NCBI GenBank assembly: GCA_964187785.1
Contig: OZ076419.1
Span: forward strand, 36,394,001 to 36,458,000
DNA: 64,000 bases
Direction of reading: 5' to 3'
Origin: Amphiscolops sp. MND2022
Lineage: Eukaryota
Shown here: piece after piece, positions 48,705-61,170 of the stretch
Layout: each line of letters starts with the position of its first letter
Numbering within the stretch: position 1 is the stretch's first letter
Program-made: the position numbers and the translations under genes
The notes under the pieces: generated by a model
What the model was told of the DNA's origin: nothing
Seen by the model: only the letters and a program-made list of their open reading frames with translations
The model's database searches: none

Positions 48705-51700
48705 ATGTTCGCAGAGTGTTCCGGTGAACCATCTACCGACTGGCAGCGGAGATGGCTCATACGGCGCCTCATCAAGTTCAACAAATCCACCGTTGACAAA
48801 TTGCAATATCCAGAATGGTACCAAGAAAACCCTCAACTCTACAATACAACCCGACGCCCTCTCCCTCCCAGTTCAACTCCTCTCACCTACATACTCGACC
48901 CAGACTACGACTGTGACCCCTACCACAACCCTGACCTATACGACCAAACTACCCTAACCTTCAAAGAGACGATCAATGTACCCTTCCACGCATTCGCCAA
49001 GAAAACAAACATGAATCTGGACACCACAAAGCGGAAAGATGATGGCAACCTCAGTCACTCACCCGTACAACACGCCGAAGAACAAAACGAGGAAATACAA
49101 GTTATCGTCACACCCCCTACGATCTCTCTGAGACCAATCCTCAAACCACAAATCACCAATTCGACCGAATACGGGTCACCCGCAAGAGTTCCGGCACACA
49201 CAAATGAAATCCGGGCTGCAATGACGTCATCGCCATCATCTCCCCAAAGCCCTGAATTCCCAATAAAGGATAGCTCCGTCCACCCAACAAACTCAACTAC
49301 AGGCACGACAACTACACACAAAGAAGGGGACCCTTCCGACAATCCTGCAAATACAACCAACGCTAATACAGCCCCAAAGACGAGGCGGATCAAACGAGCA
49401 CTGACATGCGAATTCAATCAAAATCCGCACCCAAACCCCAAACCGGTAGATACCCAACAAGATAACAAAAACCCACTGATACAACTGGATGAAGACCAGC
49501 TAGTCAACATCACCTCCACGAACAATCCAACGGGAGAACGATGCCTCCCAATATTCTCAGCAATTGCTCTCAAACAGAAAAGGCGCATGCTATTCGCACC
49601 GATGGATTTCCAACATTTTTCCATTGACGCCCTCATTGACTCCGGGGCCTTGGTCAATTGCATGCCCGAACAAGAGTACCAAAAACTCAAAACCATGAGC
49701 CCCAATAATCTCCTACAAGAATCTGACCCACCGCCGTTCAAACTACAAGTCGCAAATGGCGACATTGAAACCCCGATCAAGACTATCCAAGTGCAGTTTG
49801 AAATCGGCGACTGGACGTTCAAAGAGACATTCATAGTAGCCAGCAAAATCAATGGCCCCATTCTCGGCCTCACCTTTCTCAAAACCAACAGCGCCATCCT
49901 CGACGCAAGCCAGGGACTTCTCCACTTCCCTCATCTAACCTACGCAATAAACCCAGTGTCCGAAGAACAACCAGCGAAACCAAACAAGGTGTCCATCCCC
50001 AACCAAACGACACTGGCCCCTGACCAATGCATCACAATCGAAGCCCTAGTCAACATAAGGGCTATAGCAGACACTACTGGCGTCATCCACCCACTCCCAA
50101 ACTATTCTGAAGACAAACAAATAGTGATCGCCAGCTCACTATCCACAGTCCACGAAATGAAAATACCCATCCGGATCACGAACACCTCACCTACCCCATT
50201 TACCATCAAAAAGAACACAGTGGTAGCTGAATTTCACATTACAACGCCCAACGAAGCGAAGAACATCAAACCCATCCCCATCGCCGCGCTCAAAATCCTA
50301 ACAGAGGACGACTCAGAACAGGCGCTAGAGTACGTAAACGAACTCTTAAAAACCACAGAAAAACCTGAGACCACCCAACAGTTCTGGTTCCCAACTCCAG
50401 ACAATCCGGGGGACCCATCAACCGACACCCCCGTCCAGAGAAGGATCCTCCGAGAAATCGAAGAACTAGAGGAAATCCAAAAACTCGACCCAACAACAAG
50501 CCCTCAAAGCAGACAAAAATTCCTCGAGAATTTTAAATGGGAGGACTCCCAATTGAACAGCCAAGACCGAGCTGACATAGAGAACATTCTGGTTGAATAC
50601 CATGACGTCTTCGCCCGTCACCGCCTGGACATAGGCGTCAACCACGACTTCAAAATAAAACTGACCCCGAAAAACGATCAGCCGGCCTACACGCAAAGCC
50701 TACCCTGCCCAGTGAATCTCAAAGAAGATCTTACAAAAGAACTGGCATTGATGCACTACTACGGCATCATTACCACGCTACCGTTTAGCAAATATGCAAG
50801 TCCCATATTTGCCCAGAGAAAACCAAACGGACGCCTCAGACTGCTAGTCGACCTCCGAAAGATCAACAATTTGATAGCGGACGACTACACAAATAACAAC
50901 CACCCGGTCAGCACCCTCTCAGACGCTGCCCAACACCTCGCAGGGAAAAAGCTATTCTGCAAGCTAGACTGCTCCCAGGCTTATCACGTCTTGCAAATGG
51001 CAGACAAAAAGTCGGTCGAACTCCTAGCTTTCAATTTCGCCAGTCGAACATTCGCATACCTCCGACTCGCACAAGGGCTCAGCAGGTCCCTCTCCTCCTT
51101 CTCGAGCTTCATGAGAGAATATCTCGATCGAGTCATCAAGGCTGACAAATGCGCTCAGTACGTTGACGACATCGGGATTGCCACCCACAACGCCGAGGAG
51201 CTGAAGACCAACCTGCGTGAGGTCTTCCAGTGCGTACGCGAAGCAGGCCTGCGTTTGACAATGGCCAAATGCCAGTTCGGTGCCAAGGAAGTCCAATTCC
51301 TTGGACGAACAGTGTCACCAGAAGGAATTGCCCCCCAAGATCAGAAGATCCACAACTACCTACAAAAACTGACCTTCCCAAAAACCAAAAAGGGTCTCCA
51401 GCGCTACATTGGCTTCGTCAACTACTACCGGAATTACATTCCCAGGCTTTCCGAAAAGATAGCCCCTTTCCACGAGCTCATCAAGGCTGAAAAGCCCATC
51501 AAGATCACAAACGAGATCATGAACTCCTTCACCAACATCAACAAATCCTTGGACAATGCCTGTGGTTTGTGGCTCAAACAACCTATGCCTAACAGACAAT
51601 ACGTACTCATGACCGATGCCAACTTCAAAAATGCAGGTTATGCACTCATGATCGAAGAAAACCCCGAAGAAAAAATCAGCTCAGTCCGAAAAACCTACGC

Positions 51701-54030
51701 ACCAGTGGCATTCGGGTCAAAAATGTTTTCCCCGTCACAAATTAAAATGTCGATCTACGCGAAAGAATTTCTGGCAATATACTTCGCTTTCATGGAGTAT
51801 AGCCACATTCTTTGGGAATCAACCAAACCGGTTGTCGTCCTCACCGACAATAAATCAGTGACAGGTTTCTTTCAAACCAAAATCATACCCCCGGCCCTCT
51901 GGAATGCCTGCGATTTTGTTCTTCAGTTTCACTTCACCATTGCTCATGTGCCGGGCAAAATGAACACTGCCGCGGACTTCCTGTCCCGCCTCGACCTTCA
52001 TCCAAAAGACAAGGTCCACCTCACAATAAGAGATGACATACGAACAACACCGATCCAGGTCAACATCCAGTCATCCGATGTCGCGGAAGAAGAACAATTT
52101 TTCTTCATGCCTGATGATGACACGGAAACTGAAGAACAAATATGGGAGTGCAAGCTCCGTGCACGAAAGAAAATTGCCGATGACAACAATAAAGAACCTG
52201 GCCCCGACGAAACCAATCCCAAAACACCAAACAATGACCAAGAAGTTACCATATTTCAAACGGAAATACTCGTAACCCAAGGACCACCCAAAGCTACCGA
52301 CGAACACGACGGTCCGTCGAAGACCATGAGGCAACAACAGGACCAAGACAATGTCCTGCGAAATTACAAACTCCGCTTGCTCAAGGAACCTCACAATGAA
52401 CAACTCTTGGCAACCGACCCCCGAGCAGCCAAATACAGCGCACAAGCCAACCGAATAATCCTAAAGGACGGACTGTTATACCGACAGTATTACGACCACG
52501 CAGGAAAGGTCAAATTCCTGCAAATCCTGTTACCTGCACATTTGGTTGACTCCTTCATCCTAGCGCACCATGGCCAAGCCAATAAACACCCCGGAATAGC
52601 CAAGGTAATACAGCAATGCAGAGAGAAATATTACTACCCAGGCATGGCAGCCAGAATAGCACACCACATCTCCAGGTGTACCGACTGCATGCAGACCAAA
52701 CGAACGGACAAACGATCCATTACACCACCAATGATCGACACTTCCAAACTGGCCCTAGGCCCAGAAGATGCACTTCAAATGGACATCGTCCCGTTTGATG
52801 AGCCTTCCGGTGGCTATAACGCGATTGTCACTGCAATGGACGTCTACTCGCGCTACCTCTTCACCTACAATGTCGTCAAAACGGACGCCCCCACAGTAGC
52901 CCGAGTTTTGGTCGACATCATGACCCGTCACGCCTACCTCCCTACTACAGTCATCACCGACAAGGGCACTCAGTTTATGTCTGAGGTAATGGCAGACGCG
53001 ACGAGAACCCTGGGCATACAACTCCGTCATGCTACCACTAAACATGCCCAAACCATCGGAATTTTAGAAAGAAGCCACGCCTCTCTGAAAGAATCGCTGA
53101 AAATCTCGACAGGAGAGCGCCGGACGATGTGGCATCAATACGTAGCCATCGCCACGCTGAATTACAACACATCGTACCACTCCGCCTTAGGGTGTGAACC
53201 CAGCCGAGTGTTCCACGGGAGGATCCCATATAACGTGTTGGACCTCAAATTTGGCATACGAAACCAACAACCTACAACTACGACGACGAACATGGGAGAA
53301 GACATTCTACACAAAACACAGCAAATCAAGGAGGCGGTGAACAAAAACTTAATGCAGTCATACGTGCGATACAAACAGTATTACGACAAAAAAGCAAACG
53401 CCCACCCCCTCAATGTCAACGAATACTGTTACGCCTTACACCCAAAAGCGAATACCCAGGGAACCAAACTCCCATTCAAAGAATACCTCTGGACAGGGCC
53501 CTATATTATTGTGAAAGTGCTCCCCAACAACAATTACCTAATACGGAAACTACAGACAAACTATACACAAATCCTACACAGGATTCGCTTTGAAACCATG
53601 CCCTACCGACAAATCGCTCCCAGACAAACCTGTCTTGCCCAAAGATTACACCCCAGACAAGGAAGTAGACGTCTTCCACGACGATCTATATGCAGAGGCA
53701 TGGCAGTCCAATTTCGATGAGTACACCTCAACGACACCCCCATTTCAAACAGGACCCACAATAACAATTCCAGAGTCACACGACGATCTACCTACCCAAA
53801 CGGACAACCCAACGAATGACCCAGGAGATTTTCCCCTGGACCCTAACCCAAATGAACACCCAGGAAATGCCACGCTAAACGCCGATCCTGATGCCACTGA
53901 AAATGATACCCCAACCCCGAATTCTCCCCGAAAAAACAAATACAACTTAAGGGCAAACCCTCCATCAAATTGGAAGAAGGATTATGCTTATTATAATCCG
54001 ATAAATGCTGAACCCAACGCGACAGACTAA
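48705..54030 (+). CDS. pol: Pol polyprotein (protease, RT, RNase H, integrase); a 1-bp insertion near 53589 moves the last ~146 aa to another frame
   Basis: IDALIDSGA (protease); LLVDLRKIN, KLDCSQAY, YVDD (RT); MTDAN, EFLAI, TDNKS, AADFLSR (RNase H); HHCC, LQMDIVP, TDKGTQF, ILERSH, WTGPY (integrase). The tail ORF 53590-54030 continues RIRLKPCP...KYNLRANP. Confidence 0.96.
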
Positions 54031-54370
54031 AACTCCCAACTAACTGGAAGGATCATCGTCTCATTTACCCTATTACAAACTACTTAATCACCCCTACGAC
54101 TCACCCTAAACTCACGAGAAAACAAATTCGAAGGGCAAAGAAATAAATTCAAGAACTCCCTGTACTGTTTTACTTGCCGGGTTTGTTAACAAACCCCCTT
54201 TTTTTCCACAAAGTGGCGATTCAATTTTCAGACAATTTAGTCTGTGTTTGCTTACTATGGTAAATCAACATACTGATGGACCTTTCGGACCAATAACAAC
54301 AGAAATACAACATATAGCAGTACAAATACAACTAAATCTAAAGTTTGATCCAAAGCCGCTACAATGTATT

Positions 54371-57300
54371 TCATCGCCCGGATCCACGTTTCACTGACCC
54401 ACTAGAACTGCCTTTACCAGACGACGACCCAGACACACCACTTTGCCGAAGATCTTTCTTCATCTTGACGATCTCCGCAATACTGCCAGAACCACCCGCC
54501 TGCTTGACCGTTTTGCCGACAGATTTCACTGAAGGGGGAGTATTAACGGCGGAAGAAGTCCCAACATTCTCCTCAACAACAGATGCAGCATGCGAGAATT
54601 GCAACTCGGGTAACAATTTATCAGGAGACGCGGTCGCGGCATACAAGCCCAATCCAGCTCGTCGACGCCATTCCGATACTTGGTCCAGATAGTATGCATC
54701 GAAAGCATCTCGCAATCTTCGATACATATCACAGCGGGCATGAGCATACAACGGTCTCCATGGTGCAAACGAAGCGTCCTCCATGAAACCCTTCCCGTTC
54801 GGCAAATTGGTTTTCAGTTCTTCTAGACAGTCCCTGGTCAACAACTCTCCGGAGGCAAACTTCCTGAATGTCACATATGACTGACAAGCAAATATCGAAG
54901 ACAGCAGGATCTTTTTCGGCACCGAAGCTCCACTCAAGGACATATCCACGACAGGATAATTGACACACCGCGGAACCATCGCCAGTGCAGCAATTTGTAC
55001 CACCTTATCCAAATTCAGCCGGCAGTCTAGAAGTCCAGAATCCCGCAAGAATACAAAACTGTCCTTGATCGACGACACAACACGCCGATTCCGACGCCGT
55101 AACTCCACAAGAAGAGATTTGAACTCATTACTGGCCGCCTCACAATCCAACGATGCCAACCGCCCACAGTCAAGAAGACAAGTCGTCAAATCTTTGAACA
55201 ATTGAACTGCGTAAGACTCATCGCCCAACAACATCATATCAGGCGAAAAGCAGCTCAGATTTGAGGACAGGACAGACTTTGCATATGCCGACTGATTTAA
55301 CACCTTCAAGAATTCCGAAAGAAACCCATGGCACTCACGGAGGAAAGGCCGCCGAACAGCATCTCCACAAGCTGATAAGGCCACGGTCACAAGGGGCTCA
55401 CCACGAAGACACTCGACGAAAGGGATATTAGCCCACGTAGTCAAGGGACGACCGATGTACTGGCTCCACGCCTCGATCTCAGGCAGACTACTCAGCTTCT
55501 TGACTTTGCCCAGCAAACTCCAATAAAAATAGCAGAAATCGGCATAATTACGACAGGTGTAGTCAGTCACTGATTCATCAAACTGCTTCACAAAGTTGGC
55601 CTCAAAGCACGCAACAAGAACATGCAAGACACTCAATCGGGGCAACACTAGGGTATCCGACACAATGAGCTGACCAACGTCAAGAGGAGCCTTGCCCTTT
55701 GAAGGAAGAACAGTCCCCGTCTCTTTCAAGAATAGTGTCACATCGGCCCAATGATGTATCAACTCTGAGATAGCAGCACGCAAAGAAGGAAACGGCACCT
55801 GGCGCTGGCTTATACACACACGAAAAGTCGGCAGAGACTCTAACCAAGGCTGGTGGATGGCTCTAACCAAGCGCAATAGCAAATAGTCCAAAATAGCAAA
55901 TGGATCCAACAAGTTTGCACCAACTAAGCCAGCTTCACGAACGTGCTCTCTAAAGTCATCAGGGGTATACTCCAGCACAGGCAGTGGCACCGGTCGACCT
56001 TCGTCCTTGCACCACGAAGAAAACACATTGAAGAGCGTCGAAGGACAGCCCCGGACAGCAACTGGAGACTGATCAATTGGGAGAATCGCGAGGACGCGGG
56101 TCAGGCACTTGATCTCAGCATCGCACAGCCCAGGAGAGACTTCTTCCCACAGCACACAAACCTCGCGGACGACATCGCTAGCAAAGAAGTGGACATAACA
56201 CTGCACCCCAGTATCGTCACGTCGGAAAGAAATACTGAAGTCAGACAGCTTACAACCAGATTGCACCCGACGCAAAATTCGGGGATACAATGTCTGACAC
56301 AAAATAACAAATGACTCAGTTTTACTCCAGGTGGCCTGGGCATAGCTGGTCTCCACGGGGATGGTCGTCCTGAACTGACTCCACAAACGTCTAAGGAAGC
56401 TATGGGACCCGCCACTCCGCAACAATTCAAACAAACCCCCAACCAAGGTTGAGCAAGGCACATTAGAAACTACGCCCACAAGAGCGTCCACCTCATCCTC
56501 CTCGAACGCATTCTTTGGTCCAAGAACAACAGGGGGCGTCAGCTCAATTTCAGCACGCAACTCTGGTGATATGGTGGCAACAGCAATCTCATCAAACTTC
56601 TCTGTGTAGATGAAATCTTCATGGTCAAGCCGATATCGTCGGTCCTTTGCGAAATGAGTTTTGCGACCGAAATGCCTCCAGATTTCCAGCTCCCCACGCG
56701 ACAGAAACGAAACATCTTTACGGCAAATCGCACAATTGAACCCGTTTGGGTTCTTATCAGTCCTTCGGCTAACAAAGAGCCGAGGAATCGCATGTGTAGC
56801 CATCTCTCTGCGAAGAACATGACGCTCACTTTGCCGTTTTTTCCTTCTTTCGTACTTCGCAAACAACTGCTCTTGGTCTCCTCCTCAGCGTTCAGATGCC
56901 CACGGACTCGATGCAGTTGGATCCCTTTTTGCTTGAGCAGGCGCATGATTTCGTCCAGACCTACAAACAAAAATACAAACACTCATAACCAAGTCACCCC
57001 GAAACCTACTATCCCGCCCCTCTCCAATCAACTATCACTGAATCAAGAAATACACGGAGTATAAAGATGATAACTACTGATACTGGAAATGAGTCATAAG
57101 AGTGCAATACTAACGGCGCGACAATGAACGATCCTCCACACGACTCTGGGTCCGCTCCAACCGAACAGCTGCCTGGCCGAAAGCCAAAACCTGTGATGCC
57201 GACATACACACAGCACCTTCTGGCACATCCTTCAACCCAGCTAAAAAGAAGACCATGGGTGAACACAGTTCAGACAGACTGCATACACTAAAAAAAAAAA

Positions 57301-58307
57301 CGAAGGACAGACCAAATTAACAACCACTAATAACCCAACAACAAAACTATAATCACCTTTAACCCATTCATTGTGGATCACAGAGCGCTCCAGGCCTTCG
57401 GCAGGACGAGCATGCTGGGTCCGCCCCCGCTTAGGCTGATCACTGCACCCAGGCTCCTCGTTGGAAGCAAAGCCCCCCGTCACTGGCAAAACACCTTCAG
57501 AGTCCGTCGAATGAACCCCCGCAGACGTATGCATCCCAAATGGTGAGGAAACGACTATAATCAAAAATATATAAAGTATGGACAAATGACATGTGATAAC
57601 AAAGGAGAAGATTTACCCACCACTAGTCTCTACATTAGGTGCAGCTGACGCAGTAGCAGTTTTCCTGGCAGGTGTCCCAGAACAGGACCAACGACCACGC
57701 TTCACGGGACTGCGTTCAACGAAGGACACTTCGCGACGGACACGTTCCACAGTAGCTGGCACGCGAACAGAAGACCCAGGAACATAATCCTCATCATCAG
57801 AATCGTCAGACAAGCCTAAAACACAGACAAGGTGGATGAAACGACGCGTCTGTATACTAGCATGAAAAGTTAGCTGGCCACTAACAATTCGCTAAGGAAC
57901 TCACCCTTTAAATCATGCAAATAGTCCAATTCATGGCGGGCGTCACTAGCTGCTGAATGCACAGAATTTCCTCCATCATCATCATCATCATAGTCATCGG
58001 TATCCCCGCGGGGAACAACAACTTCACTCAGACTAGACCCAGATTTATCAGAGTCGCTGTCATCATCTTTTTCTCCAAATCCACGCCCACCACTAGACAC
58101 CGGAACTTCCAACTCAGCAGGAGAATCTCCAGCGACAGCCTCATCAGTTGTCTCAGCAATAATCAATTGCGATTCCTCCCCATTCCCTTCATCCAGACCA
58201 CTCGCGACTTCTCCTCCTCCTAACACTGCTTCACCCTCGCTCTCCATAACTCCAATCTTTCCTGCCTGTAACAGTCGTTGATCATCTTCGTCAGTCGAAT
58301 TTGACAT
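54371..58307 (-). CDS. Five-exon antisense accessory gene (~1170 aa), BED-like zinc finger plus hAT-transposase-like body
   Basis: Exons 58307-57905, 57815-57621, 57554-57357, 57240-57115 and 56960-54371. All four introns are GT-AG and phase 1, and exons 1-4 are open in the joined frame. One missing base near 56880 separates the start of exon 5 from the 831-aa ORF. Confidence 0.85.
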
Positions 58308-58588
58308 CGTTTGCAAGCAAATCAATCTAAGAATGTCAACACAGTGTTACCAATACGAAGACGTGGCGTAAAACCAACGAGATTACTACTATACAATATT
58401 ATTAGTATGACGTAATGGAAGTCATTCAGTCTGCCAGCTGAAAACTTTCCCATTCATGCAAGCGGCGTGAACAAAAGAAAAGAACGGAATTATCATTCAA
58501 TTACTCGACCATTCCGCAGAACAGCCGCTCAGCATTACTTACAAGTATTACTATTTATTGCATCCAATTTATTTACTCATCAGATCAA

Positions 58589-59224
58589 ATGAATTCATCG
58601 ACACTCAATTCCTCAACCGACTATTTCATTTTGGACCGCGACCAAGACGCTGCCCCAGTAAACCCCTGTGCACAATCAACACCTAAGGTGCATGGTGATA
58701 ATTGCGAAAATACTCAAACACCAATAATTGAGGATATTTACGAGATTATTAACACTGGGACGGAACATATTGTCCTTTATCATGAGTCGGCACCAATGTC
58801 CATATTAGCAACGGCCCAATCGGACACATTACCATACAGGAAATTTGTCAACTCCAACCCGATCATCCCGGATGACGAATTCACGAGCCCCCCTAGAAAT
58901 TACGAGAACATGGACAATTGGCTATACGGGCCGCACGATGGGACAATCAGCCCCGTCTCCAGTAATTCTAGTTCGATAGGTTACTTCTCAGGAAGTGACT
59001 GGTCAACCGATTCGTCCTGGCTATCTTACGATTCAATGGTACAATCTGTATTTCTTCCGCCAATATCGTCCCCTTTCAGGCCAATTTCTCCATTACCTCT
59101 CATAGTGGACGTCCCTCACCAAAGCAGGGGACTGTCGCAGCCCTCTAGGAGCAGCGAAATAACGAATACAAGGAGAACGCCAGAGGAAGGAAATAGAGAA
59201 ATCAACCAGAAAGGGACCGAATAA
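58589..59224 (+). CDS. Hypothetical 211-aa Ser/Pro-rich ORF running through the PPT into the 3' LTR
   Basis: Open frame only; no recognisable domain. Confidence 0.25.
   Translation: MNSSTLNSSTDYFILDRDQDAAPVNPCAQSTPKVHGDNCENTQTPIIEDIYEIINTGTEHIVLYHESAPMSILATAQSDTLPYRKFVNSNPIIPDDEFTSPPRNYENMDNWLYGPHDGTISPVSSNSSSIGYFSGSDWSTDSSWLSYDSMVQSVFLPPISSPFRPISPLPLIVDVPHQSRGLSQPSRSSEITNTRRTPEEGNREINQKGTE
59121..59132 (+). promoter_or_regulatory. Polypurine tract AAAGCAGGGGAC
   Basis: Immediately precedes the 3' LTR TGT at 59133. Confidence 0.85.
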
Positions 59225-61152
59225 GAACATCATTCACCCTGAAAGAAACAATTAACAAACAACCCATCTAAACTATCCAACAAACATTATTAACCCAGCG
59301 CAGTACCTAAAATACATAAATATGTAAATACTTAAATAATATTAAAGTGCTATTAGTGTGATTTGTTTACAGTAAAGCGACCAGCATATTGACCGAAATT
59401 AACTCAGCCAACACGCTGATCAATTTACCGCTACAATAGCAATGGAGCTAAAGCAGATTAAATTTCGTTCCAATTTCATCGGACCCATCAGCGATTAGCG
59501 CAAATTCACCGCGCTAGCTGAACAGCAATACCAGGCAGCTCACCAGTCGACCGAGTGCTGGGTCGCACGCCTGGTCGCACGCTTGAAAAAACTGAAGCAA
59601 TAGTATTACTGTATAATATGTTGTGCTATTCTATCGTGAACACAGAGCTTAAAAGAAGCTCAAACCACAAATAAATAACTGATAATAATAATGAAGGGTC
59701 CAAATGATGAAAGTATTTGTTTTATTATTTAGGTCAACCGCCTGGTCACCCAACTCTACTTTCCAAATGGGGCAACCACCGGGACAACCGATCAAATATA
59801 GTTGATATTATTGTGCATTAATTATTAGTGTAACTTGGATAATATTGTTAATGTGCCCTGATTCCCCCACCAGAGCAATATTTCGCTCGTTTTGTAGTAT
59901 TTTTGTTCAAATATTACTGTGTTGGTAGAGCCCTACCTCGGGTCGACCGCCGGGGCAACTGCTTAGTTGAGAATGAATGAAAGATTAACTACATTGTGAC
60001 AAGTGCTGATTATTAATTTGTTATGAACGTTTATTGATTGAATGGCATGTAATACTCACTAAAGCCATTAAAGTTGCGTTAAAACCCCCCCCCACTGTGT
60101 TGATTAATGATGTTCAATATCCGGTCAAGTGTTCCGGAAAATTTCAGTTTAACACTCAGTCCAAATTGATCATTTTGTGTTCAGTTGACGAGAATAATAA
60201 TGCCCGAATTCCCATTTTTCCTAATTTAGTGCAGTTTTATTTTGTTTAGAGTTTCATTTCTTCGGTGTAAACTTCATTTCCTTTTCCCGCTTCAGTAGCT
60301 AGGTTCATGAATTTCAGTGCTAACTTCGGTTCGGCGTCTTGAATTGGCGGGAAATGAAGAAGAAAGGTACGCGGAACTGGGACTTCGGCAGGAAGTTGAT
60401 TCCCACTTTTCCTTTGAAGTGAGATGAAGCCGAAAGCCGAGTCCCGAGGAAGCGTACCTGACTTGGATTTTCTTGCCTCGGAGGGACGCCGAGCTGAACG
60501 AAGTGTGAATTCACGCGCGGGATTTATCCCGCGTGTCTAGCGCAAAGTATAAATACCTGAAGTGGGAAAAGGAAAAGGACATTGATATTTTGATTTCGCG
60601 AAAGCTCAACCTTGATTTGTGATTTCCAAAACTTTGAATTTTGAGTTCTCAATTATTGATTGCACTCTTTTATTTGCTTGCGAACAATTTCCGTGGATTT
60701 GGAACTGTATCTCTGCATTGAAACAAGCTTGTTCTAGAACTTCTTGATTTGTTCAACCACCAGTTAAACCAGTCGAATTAACCTATTTGATCAACTAAAC
60801 TTTTCGACGATGCCCGAGAAATCTCAGAAAAGGAAACTTAGAAGTGATCCAAGTAGTAGTTTGGAAAATGTCGAGTCTACAAGCCAGGCTTCTGATGAAA
60901 ATACTTGCTTGACTGAACAAGACTTCTCAGATATCTCAAACAAGATTGAAAATCGACTATCCAAAAGACTAAGAGACGCAGAATTTGGACAAAGAGAAAT
61001 TTTGAAATTAATCGAAAATCTAGCCGCAAAGGTAGATGGCCTTTCAAATTCCGCCACTGAACCTTCAGGTTCACTTCTACGGCATGATATCGGGCCTGAA
61101 TCAATAGGGAATTCCGAACCTATCGGCAACTTAGTGAATGTTAGTTCCAACA
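59133..61152 (+). mobile_element. 3' LTR (2020 bp)
   Basis: Copy of 45511-47572. It includes the duplicated gag N-terminal ORF start at 60810. Confidence 0.95.
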
Positions 61153-61170
61153 ACTTTGATCACACCGCTC

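Larger units (their letters stand above)
45511..61152 (+). mobile_element. Near-intact 15.6-kb Ty3/Gypsy LTR retrotransposon with an extra antisense gene
   Basis: Paired LTRs TGT...ACA, PBS, gag, pol in PR-RT-RH-IN order, and PPT. Confidence 0.97.

Noticed and set aside
54371-56866. env gene
   Set aside because: Antisense orientation, with no signal peptide, furin site or clear TM anchor; it has zinc-finger and hAT-like motifs instead.
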